Of a stretch of 38,741 nt of DNA, positions 15,423 through 21,352 are shown piece after piece. Each line of letters begins with the position of its first letter. Position 1 is the first letter of the stretch. Source of the stretch: a virus. The notes beneath the pieces are model-generated. The model was not told where the DNA came from and made no database searches. It saw only the letters and a program-made list of their open reading frames with translations. The stretch spans positions 1-38,741 of the IMG/VR virus record IMGVR_UViG_3300036660_000027. The stretch is one strand, 5' to 3'. A program made the position numbers and the translations under genes.

Positions 15423-16079
15423 TTGATACATGCTCGCCGAATGTGGTGGTTTATCAAGCATGTTTGGAAAACCGTAATTTTCGGGTCTGCTCTGCTCGGG
15501 TTGTATTATCTTCCGGCAGATTTGGAGGGTTTGTCAGCAGCATCCGGGCCTTGGAAGAAGTTTTTTGCCATGGTCAGTAGTGACGGAGTCGTGTGGTTGG
15601 CTGCGGGGGCGGTTTTCTTCTGGCTTGCGTGGACGGAACTGCGACAGATGATAAAGGACCGCCGTACCTTAGCAAGACAGCCGGATCAAACCATGTGGGG
15701 CATGAAAATGGTAGATGAAAAGCCGTCGAATATTAATCAATCCATTAACATCAACTCTATGAGCGGCGGAAGTGTGTCACCAGTTTATCATAACTTCCAT
15801 ACTATAGTGGCTCCGGGGCGGGTTGAACTTTCGGATGAAGGCGTATCGGAGCTTGTAGAGGCTCTGCGCGGAAGGACCGTTAGCATTGACATCGTTGGAG
15901 ATCAGAAATCTTTCGCGATTGGCTATAGGCTTGTTGATCGCTTGGTAGGTTTGGGTGTCACTGCCCTTAGGCCAACTACTTGCTCCCTAATGCCTGGCGT
16001 TAATGACCCCTACACACTACACCTTTCGCAAGACGGAAAAACTGCACATCTCGTTATCAGTCCGGCCACCCTGCCGTAA
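15423..16079 (+). CDS. Membrane protein of unknown family (2 N-terminal TM plus soluble C-domain), immunity-region moron
   Basis: The track ORF (218 aa) starts at TTG; ATG 15441 is an alternative. TM helices are WWFIKHVWKTVIFGSALLGLYYL and VVWLAAGAVFFWLAW. The gene is AT-richer than its flanks. I recognised no family. Confidence 0.65.
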   Translation: MIHARRMWWFIKHVWKTVIFGSALLGLYYLPADLEGLSAASGPWKKFFAMVSSDGVVWLAAGAVFFWLAWTELRQMIKDRRTLARQPDQTMWGMKMVDEKPSNINQSININSMSGGSVSPVYHNFHTIVAPGRVELSDEGVSELVEALRGRTVSIDIVGDQKSFAIGYRLVDRLVGLGVTALRPTTCSLMPGVNDPYTLHLSQDGKTAHLVISPATLP

Positions 16080-16143
16080 CCGTTTATAAGCCTTTACGGC
16101 GGTCAGGGCGGCACGCTTAGCAGCGGGAGTCATTATTTCCCCC

Positions 16144-16527
16144 TTAGTTGCAGTCAAAGGTGGGCGGCTCGTAGGAGGTCACTGTATAGCTTTTGCGGGG
16201 ATTCTTCTGCGCGTAGAGCGTGTAGAAGCACGTTTGGTTGAACACCCCGCCTCCGTGAACCTGCGTCGTCGTCATGCCGCTATAAGTGGCATAGTTTCCG
16301 GTACCGTAGAGGTTGCCAGTTGTGGATGATGTAGCATAGGTGGGCATGGAAAAGGACTGATCCATGCGCCACTGAAACGCTGTTCTGCCATCTGGCATTT
16401 TCATCACGTTTACAGGCGGTCCATACTTAACTTGGATTTCTGAAATGTCTTTTCCAACCATTTCATTCATCACTTGAGTTGCGCACCCGGCGAGTGCAAG
16501 TGCGGCAAATACAACAAAATTTTTCAA
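16144..16527 (-). CDS. Lipoprotein, SmpA/OmlA(BamE)-like, immunity-region moron
   Basis: TTG 16527 is preceded by a GGAGGA SD 5 nt upstream. This gives (M)KNFVVFAALALAGC with a canonical lipobox, 127 aa. The track's ATG 16590 would add 21 aa before the signal peptide. Confidence 0.7.
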   Translation of the reverse strand: MKNFVVFAALALAGCATQVMNEMVGKDISEIQVKYGPPVNVMKMPDGRTAFQWRMDQSFSMPTYATSSTTGNLYGTGNYATYSGMTTTQVHGGGVFNQTCFYTLYAQKNPRKSYTVTSYEPPTFDCN

Positions 16528-16740
16528 TAAATCCTCCGTAGGGTTTGATACAGATATAATCTCGATTCGATCTATGGCTGGCGTTTCCAACCTGCTTTAG
16601 CCGATCCCGTTAACCATATCGCTAGGCGTAGTGGCTTGCGTTGTTCCCGTAATGTTCACATAGTCGTGTTGCATTCAGGGGGAGTGTCATGACGGTTTCG
16701 GGGTTTGTCGGTTTACTGAGTAGCTTTTCATCTCATCAAA

Positions 16741-16759
16741 TCTGCCAAAAGCTGGCAGA
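16741..16759 (-). terminator. Hairpin just downstream of the repressor gene
   Basis: TCTGCCA / TGGCAGA is a 7-bp stem with a 5-nt loop, 12 nt after the repressor stop. On the minus strand it is followed by TTTGAT. Confidence 0.45.
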
Positions 16760-16770
16760 AATTCGCGTTC

Positions 16771-17076
16771 TCATTTTGCTTGAAGAAGCTGGAGGATCGC
16801 CTCGCGCCGCGCCGGATTCTGTTCCAATAATCGCAGAACCTCCGCCGTATCGTCGCTAATTTCGAACCCGTGGGTGACATATGACAGGCTGATCTTAGAA
16901 AACGCACAGACTGCCATCAGGCTTTCAATGCTGGGGTCTTTGCCTTCCGTCAGCCATGAATGAACCGCGCCGGGGCCAAGCCCGCCACCTAAGCTGGCCG
17001 CACGTTTCGATATTCCCTTGTCTGCGAGGGATGATTCAAGACGCGCGCGCCATGCGCCTGATGCTTCGTTTGACAT
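16771..17076 (-). CDS. CI-like repressor, Cro/C1-type HTH, 101 aa, no S24 peptidase domain
   Basis: The internal ATG 17076 of the 257-aa track ORF gives a protein with the HTH ISKRAASLGGGLGPGAVHSWLTEGKDPSIESLMAVCAFSKISLSYVTHG. It is divergent from the Cro-like gene, with operators in between. The upstream part of the track ORF reads as noncoding. Confidence 0.8.
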   Translation of the reverse strand: MSNEASGAWRARLESSLADKGISKRAASLGGGLGPGAVHSWLTEGKDPSIESLMAVCAFSKISLSYVTHGFEISDDTAEVLRLLEQNPARREAILQLLQAK

Positions 17077-17111
17077 GGTTGCATTATCAAAAAAATCTGC
17101 GCCGCCTGCAC

Positions 17112-17127
17112 GTCCTCTATAATGGAT
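17112..17127. promoter_or_regulatory. Operator O-R2-like: GTCC-TCTATAAT-GGAT (inverted orientation, degenerate)
   Basis: Its reverse complement CATCCATTATAGAGGAC matches the ATCC..TA.AGAGGA. core of the other three sites. Its centre is 25 bp from the 17135..17154 site. Confidence 0.45.
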
Positions 17128-17129
17128 GG

Positions 17130-17157
17130 TTGACGTATCCGCTAAAGAGGATATATT
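17130..17157 (+). promoter_or_regulatory. Rightward early promoter candidate (P-R): TTGACG-N16-TATATT
   Basis: The -35 is at 17130-17135 and the -10 at 17152-17157. The A of the Cro-like ATG (17164) is 7 nt after the -10, implying a leaderless transcript. Confidence 0.55.
17135..17154. promoter_or_regulatory. Operator O-R1-like: GTATCCGCTAAAGAGGATAT
   Basis: It matches the two O-L sites and fills the spacer of the rightward promoter. Confidence 0.6.
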
Positions 17158-17163
17158 GCGGGT

Positions 17164-17385
17164 ATGGAAAACATTCACCACCCTGAACTCCTGTCTGAAA
17201 TTGAGGCATTTCTTGCCGAAAGCGGCATGGGCGAAACATATCTGGGTAAGGCGGCTGTCGGGAATTCCGAGGTCGTTGCCCGCATCCGCAAGGGGCGACG
17301 CGTTTGGCCGGAAACGGCAGATGGCCTGCGTTCGTTCATCGCGGAACGCAAGCGCGGAACTAAAAGCGAAGGGATGCAAGCATGA
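17164..17385 (+). CDS. Cro-like small regulator
   Basis: 73 aa, divergent from the repressor. The pattern ...ETYLGKAAVGNSEVVARIRKGRRVWPETADGLRSFI resembles small alphaproteobacterial prophage DNA-binding proteins I recall. Confidence 0.7.
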   Translation: MENIHHPELLSEIEAFLAESGMGETYLGKAAVGNSEVVARIRKGRRVWPETADGLRSFIAERKRGTKSEGMQA

Positions 17386-17398
17386 CGGCCTGCATCCC
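17371..17398 (+). terminator. Hairpin spanning the Cro-like stop codon (tR1-like attenuator candidate)
   Basis: GGGATGCA / TGCATCCC is an 8-bp stem with a 12-nt loop, followed by the pyrimidine/T-rich TCGTTCCTTTCC. Confidence 0.35.
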
Positions 17399-17462
17399 TC
17401 GTTCCTTTCCTGCTGCTTCCAATGTTGCTCACGGCTCATGTGATCAACATAGGAGCGAACAG

Positions 17463-17717
17463 ATGAGAAAGTCCGCCGGAAAGTATTCCGCCAAAAAATC
17501 AGCATATGCCTACCGCCAGTTTTTCGCGGCGCGGTGGTCAACATTCATCCGTGACAACTTCGACAGCCCGGAACATGCCGCCATGGTTTTTGGCGTTGAT
17601 GGCTCCACGGCGCGGAAGTGGTTTGATGGCAACCACGCCCCCAGCGGCTTTGTTGTTGGTATGGCGTTTGACTTCCTGCCGGATGCCGCCCGCGCTGAAT
17701 TGCGGGTGTCAGAATGA
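17463..17717 (+). CDS. HTH regulator (CII-position)
   Basis: ATG 17463 has an AGGAG SD 7 nt upstream. 84 aa. HTH-like segment AAMVFGVDGSTARKWFDGNHAPSG. The track's earlier start at 17382 has low third-position GC (hand count). Confidence 0.65.
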   Translation: MRKSAGKYSAKKSAYAYRQFFAARWSTFIRDNFDSPEHAAMVFGVDGSTARKWFDGNHAPSGFVVGMAFDFLPDAARAELRVSE

Positions 17718-17854
17718 GGCGGATTCTACGCGCCGTCTACATCTTCGAGGCAATCACAGCAAACCGCATCGGTGCGCTGTGCGACCAATGGGCGGCTAAC
17801 GCTGCCCAGCGGCTTGGAAAACTTTCCGCGCACTTTCGCAGATCGGGGTCTTGA
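17714..17854 (+). CDS. 46-aa mini-ORF (below the track cutoff)
   Basis: The ATG overlaps the upstream TGA (ATGA). My hand translation gives MRRILRAVYIFEAITANRIGALCDQWAANAAQRLGKLSAHFRRSGS. Confidence 0.4.
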   Translation: MRRILRAVYIFEAITANRIGALCDQWAANAAQRLGKLSAHFRRSGS

Positions 17855-18127
17855 AATGGACGCCACCGCTATTAGCCCCCATCCCCACACCGCTGGCGAC
17901 TCCTCCCCGCTAGCGGCTAACCCGCGCGTTTGTTCCCTCGGGCGCGCGGCACTCCCCTCGGCTGCTGTGCTTGCGCGGGCCGGGGGATTTTCCCCCATTC
18001 TGCACAACGCAGGATCATCGCGCGGTGTCGCCGATGCAACCGATGCCCCAGCGGGCGTTTTCGACGGTCTACCCCAGACGGCTCCCGGCGTGCGTGCGCT
18101 ACACGAACAAACCGGGGGCCGCACATA

Positions 18128-18310
18128 ATGGACGCCGCAGAAATCGCGTTGAAGCTGAGCGACATCGCCCGCCTGTCAGCAGATGAGTTGCGCGGCTGGC
18201 ATCGCTGGGTCTGCGTTCGCGTCAACCGCCCTGAGTTTGACGGTGAACGGGCGGCGCTGCTGTCGCGTGCGCGCCAGCTTGGCATCGCATTGAATGAGGT
18301 TCCGGCATGA
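18128..18310 (+). CDS. Hypothetical small protein
   Basis: An internal ATG of track ORF 17930..18310. 60 aa (MDAAEIALKLSDIARLSADELRGWHRWV...). The N-terminal extension in the track is Arg/Cys-rich and not protein-like. Confidence 0.55.
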   Translation: MDAAEIALKLSDIARLSADELRGWHRWVCVRVNRPEFDGERAALLSRARQLGIALNEVPA

Positions 18311-18507
18311 ATGTTATCGCCCAACTCGCCCGCGTCAAAGCCGTATTCCAGCAGCGCACCATCACGGCATTCGTCAGCCAGCCGCCTGTAGATCGGCTTG
18401 ATGTGCAAATCGCAACGCGCGCCTTGCGGGTCCACAACCGCAGCGAACCCGGCGCGGAATTGTACCGGGGCAAGCACGCCATCCTGAAAGAAGGGCTGCG
18501 CAAGTAA
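18307..18507 (+). CDS. Hypothetical small protein
   Basis: 66 aa with ATGA overlap to the upstream stop. Third-position GC is high in this frame. The 198-aa minus-strand ORF is its antisense shadow. Confidence 0.55.
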   Translation: MNVIAQLARVKAVFQQRTITAFVSQPPVDRLDVQIATRALRVHNRSEPGAELYRGKHAILKEGLRK

Positions 18508-18548
18508 GCGCAACCTAAAGATGTTTGAAATTATTTCGGGGGCTAAAG

Positions 18549-18815
18549 ATGGACGGATCGAAAATCAATACTGACGGCGCATATAGCGTCACCGCCGATC
18601 AGCTTCGCGCCTTTATCGAGCGCATTGAATTCGTGCGCGCAGAACAGGCGGAATCGAAAGAGCGCGAGAAGGAGATTTTCGCCGAGATGAAGGGCGCGGG
18701 CTACATGACGCGCCCGGTGCGCACGATCATCAAGCTGCGGGCGCAGAACCCCGATGATCGCGCCGAAGAAGCGGCGGTTTTGGAAATGTATAAATCTGCG
18801 TTGGGCATGTCCTAA
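18549..18815 (+). CDS. GapR / DUF2312-like DNA-binding protein
   Basis: 88 aa from ATG 18549. DQLRAFIERIEFVRAEQAESKEREKEIFAEMKGAGYMTRPVRTIIKLRAQNPDDRAEEAAVLEMYKSALGM follows the DUF2312/GapR pattern closely (recalled). Confidence 0.8.
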   Translation: MDGSKINTDGAYSVTADQLRAFIERIEFVRAEQAESKEREKEIFAEMKGAGYMTRPVRTIIKLRAQNPDDRAEEAAVLEMYKSALGMS

Positions 18816-19114
18816 TGAGGCGCATCGCAGCCAGTGACGGCAACCAGCCTGAGATAGTCGCAGCCCTTCGCGCCGTGGGTGCCAGCGTAGCGACCTGCCA
18901 AGCGGTCGGTAAGGGCTTCCCTGACCTCGTAGTGGGGTATCAGGGGCGCAATTACATGATCGAGGTGAAAGACCCCTCACAGCCTAAGCACCGCCATGAG
19001 TTGACGCCTGCGCAAGTGGTGTTTCACGGCGGCTGGTGTGGCGATCTGGTGAAGGTGTTCACCGCCAAGGAAGCGCTTATTCACATTGGCGCGCTGCGGG
19101 GCCAGATCACATGA
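18815..19114 (+). CDS. PD-(D/E)XK nuclease (VRR-NUC / resolvase-like)
   Basis: 99 aa. GFPDLVVG ... YMIEVK gives the PD...(E)xK motif. The ATG overlaps the upstream TAA. Confidence 0.65.
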   Translation: MRRIAASDGNQPEIVAALRAVGASVATCQAVGKGFPDLVVGYQGRNYMIEVKDPSQPKHRHELTPAQVVFHGGWCGDLVKVFTAKEALIHIGALRGQIT

Positions 19115-19407
19115 ACGCCCTGACGCCCGAAGAATTTGCCGCGATCCGCACCCACCCGATGCTGCGCACCCGCGATGAATTCCGCGCGATTGTGGATGCG
19201 GTTTGCGCTGAGTTTGGCATCGACGCAGCGGCCATATCAGCGCCGTCACGGGGCGTTGCCCCCGTCGAGACAGCCCGCAAGGTCATATGCCTGACGGCTT
19301 CGCAGCGCGGGTTTCTGACGATCAACATCGCCCGCATGATACGCCGCGATAAAAGCACCGTCCGCAAATCCATTGCCCGATCACTCAATGCGATGGGTGC
19401 GAAATGA
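19111..19407 (+). CDS. DnaA domain IV-like HTH protein
   Basis: ATG 19111 overlaps the upstream stop (ATGA). 98 aa. SRGVAPVETARKVICLTASQRGFLTINIARMIRRDKSTVRKSI parallels the DnaA C-terminal DNA-binding domain (R.R.V..AR...MYL....S...IG..F.RDHTTV). Confidence 0.65.
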   Translation: MNALTPEEFAAIRTHPMLRTRDEFRAIVDAVCAEFGIDAAAISAPSRGVAPVETARKVICLTASQRGFLTINIARMIRRDKSTVRKSIARSLNAMGAK

Positions 19408-19913
19408 GCAAAGGTTTCGTATACATTTTGAGCAACCCATCAATGCCGGGTATCGTCAAGATTGGGAAAACCACCCGTTCCGTCGAGCAGCGTGTGGTGG
19501 AGCTATACCAGACGGGCGTGCCTACGCCATTTGTCGTCGTGTCGTCGTTCCTGACGCCTGACTGCCATGACCTTGAGGCCATCGCCCATGCGCATCTCGG
19601 TCAATCCCGCCTGACCGGGGGGCGTGAGTTTTTCGCGCTTTCGCCAGAGGAAGCAGACAGCCATGTTCGCGCGCTTCATGTCGATCAAATCGCAGAATTT
19701 ATGGCCGAATACTTGCCCGATCACAGCGTCATCCATTCCGATGATGTCATGGACCGAAATTGCATTGTGGGTCCTGAAGATGTGTGGCGGATCGCCAAGG
19801 AAATAGGTGAGCGCGATTTCGATGTGGCCCGCGCCTTTGCGACCGCCGCACCCGATGAAGCTTCCGCAATCGTAAATCGGTGGCGGAAGGAAGTGGAGGC
19901 ACTCATAAATTGA
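19404..19913 (+). CDS. T5orf172 (GIY-YIG superfamily) domain protein
   Basis: 169 aa. GFVYILSNPSMPGIVKIGKTTRSVEQRVVELYQTGVPTPF ... REFF is the T5orf172/MUG113 pattern. Confidence 0.75.
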   Translation: MSKGFVYILSNPSMPGIVKIGKTTRSVEQRVVELYQTGVPTPFVVVSSFLTPDCHDLEAIAHAHLGQSRLTGGREFFALSPEEADSHVRALHVDQIAEFMAEYLPDHSVIHSDDVMDRNCIVGPEDVWRIAKEIGERDFDVARAFATAAPDEASAIVNRWRKEVEALIN

Positions 19914-20797
19914 GCGGTTGGATCGCCATATCACGCGACCTGTTCGAGCATGATTTCTTTGCGCGCGAACCCATGTCCGAGCGTGAGGCTTGGGTGTGGA
20001 TGCTCGCTAAGGCGGCATGGAAAGACACCACCCATCGCATCGGCGGCGTGGTTGTCGATGTGCCGCGTGGATCGTTCTTCTGCACCCTGCGCGAACTGCA
20101 ATCCGCATGGGGCTGGGCCTCTGACAAGCGCGTCAGAACCTTCCTGAAGCGGACGCAAGACGGACGCATGGCGGACGCAACGGCAGCACATGGAAAGACG
20201 CAGATAACCATATGTAATTACGACGAATATCAGCATGACGGACGCAGCTCGGACTCAAGCGGGACGCAAGACCGGACGCAAAACGGACGCACAAAAGAAA
20301 CACTTAACACTAAACAAGAAATAAAAGAGGAGGTAGGGACGCCCGCGCCCGACCATTCTCAGCACTTCGCGGATTTCTGGGAAGCATACCCCCACCGCAA
20401 CGGGCAGAAGAAAAACCGCAAGGGCGCAGAGTCCGCATTTTCCAAAGCCATCGCTGCCGGGGCGGACGTCCGCGACATATCGCAGGGGGTCACGGCAATG
20501 CAGCGAGCGCCCGATGTTCAGCGCGGCTTTGCCCGCGACCCTACCACATGGCTGAACCAGCAAGGCTGGACCGACGAAATCCCCGAGCAAACCGATTTCA
20601 AGAATGGACGCACCCATGACAACCGCACTCAGAACAACTTCGGAAGCACCTCGGGACGCGGCAACAGGCCTGACCCTGCCCTTGAGCAAATCGCTCGACT
20701 CACGGGCCTTAGCTCAGCATCAGGCGATGATCGCGTTCGAGTTGGAGGTTTTGGCGAAAAAGACGGACCGCTTTGGATGGGAACGCGACCGCAATAG
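19910..20797 (+). CDS. Replication initiator / replisome organiser (lambda O-like role)
   Basis: TTG 19910 overlaps the upstream TGA and gives (M)SGWIAISRDLFEHDFF, an N-terminus typical of phage replication proteins. The C-domain has FADFWEAYPHRNGQKKNRKGAESAF. The iteron array lies in the linker. The track start is GTG 19880. Confidence 0.75.
   Translation: MSGWIAISRDLFEHDFFAREPMSEREAWVWMLAKAAWKDTTHRIGGVVVDVPRGSFFCTLRELQSAWGWASDKRVRTFLKRTQDGRMADATAAHGKTQITICNYDEYQHDGRSSDSSGTQDRTQNGRTKETLNTKQEIKEEVGTPAPDHSQHFADFWEAYPHRNGQKKNRKGAESAFSKAIAAGADVRDISQGVTAMQRAPDVQRGFARDPTTWLNQQGWTDEIPEQTDFKNGRTHDNRTQNNFGSTSGRGNRPDPALEQIARLTGLSSASGDDRVRVGGFGEKDGPLWMGTRPQ
20150..20335. repeat. Candidate origin: iteron array (CGGACGCA, six perfect copies plus GGGACGCA and AGACGCA variants) followed by an AT-rich tract
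   Basis: Perfect CGGACGCA copies start at 20150, 20161, 20172, 20239, 20273 and 20284. GGGACGCA is at 20261 and AGACGCA at 20196. The AT-rich run 20291-20328 has about 8 G/C in 38 nt (hand count). Confidence 0.65.
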
Positions 20798-21110
20798 CCC
20801 GGCCCATGATCGGCTGGTGATGGACTGGATCGCCGCGCTTCAGGATTTCACGCTGGATGAAGTCCGCGCCGCCTGCAAAGCCGCCGTTCTGGCCGATCCG
20901 AAGAACATGCCGAACGAGGGGCATATTGTCGCCAAGATCATGGCCGCACGGGCGCAATTCGTGGCGTCTCACAAGCGCCTCGCCCCGCCGCCAGTGGATG
21001 CCCGCCCGATGGACGTTGGTGATGCTGAGCGCGCCCGCCGTGCTGCGCTGGCTGCGGAATTGCTGGGATCGGCCAAGCCCTTCCCCGCCACCGGGGAGGC
21101 TGCACAATGA
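20727..21110 (+). CDS. Hypothetical replication-module protein (start uncertain)
   Basis: The track ORF is open from 20604 (168 aa). Third-position GC switches in favour of this frame only around 20727 (hand count), so ATG 20727 (127 aa) is my best guess. It overlaps the initiator 3' end. Confidence 0.55.
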   Translation: MIAFELEVLAKKTDRFGWERDRNSPAHDRLVMDWIAALQDFTLDEVRAACKAAVLADPKNMPNEGHIVAKIMAARAQFVASHKRLAPPPVDARPMDVGDAERARRAALAAELLGSAKPFPATGEAAQ

Positions 21111-21352
21111 GCGCTCAATCCATCCGCTACTGGCTGGCAGACCTGATCGCCGGGGGCGCTCTGACGCGGGCAAAAGCCGATAATGCAATGTGGTTTGAGG
21201 TATCTGCGCAGTTGGGCGCTAAGTTCGTGCTGGCGGGTGAGGCGCACGCCGATGAGGTTGATCGGCTGCGCTCAGAACGCGACATTCTCATCATCGACAA
21301 CACCGCAGCGCTATCAGCCGCGCAATATAAAGCGGCTGGGGTGATCAAATGA
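21107..21352 (+). CDS. Hypothetical protein
   Basis: Track ORF of 81 aa with ATGA overlaps on both sides. Confidence 0.6.
   Translation: MSAQSIRYWLADLIAGGALTRAKADNAMWFEVSAQLGAKFVLAGEAHADEVDRLRSERDILIIDNTAALSAAQYKAAGVIK

Noticed and set aside
15332-15580. Track ORF 15332..15580 (+), including an ATG at 15347 with a GGAGG SD 8 nt upstream.
   Set aside because: It overlaps the convincing 2-TM membrane-protein frame out of frame. Its peptide is Cys/Arg/Ser-rich with no recognisable features. It is kept only as a caveat for the start of the 15423 gene.
16689-16859. A 56-aa + strand ORF with a GGGGGAG SD, antisense to the repressor 3' end and spanning the terminator hairpin.
   Set aside because: It has low third-position GC, no recognisable features, and largely overlaps the well-supported repressor gene on the other strand.
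17382-17462. An ATGA-coupled start at 17382 for the CII-position regulator (111-aa version).
   Set aside because: The first 27 codons have low third-position GC (about 40% by hand count) and an odd peptide (MTACIPRSFPAASNVAHGSCDQ...). ATG 17463 has a proper AGGAG SD.
17726-18513. Long ORFs 17917..18513 (-, 198 aa), 17726..18124 (-), 17772..18128 (+) and the N-terminal part of 17930..18310 (+).
   Set aside because: Their translations are Arg/Pro/Ser/Cys-rich and not protein-like. The 198-aa minus ORF is the codon-position 1-3 mirror of the + strand genes 18128..18507, which carry the GC-rich third positions and ATGA coupling. The remainder lies in the GC-rich noncoding gap.
20150-20291. The short repeat array considered as a CRISPR-like or minisatellite feature.
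   Set aside because: The repeats are 8-mers at helical-turn spacing inside a coding linker, followed by an AT-rich tract. That matches origin iterons, not a CRISPR repeat-spacer organisation.
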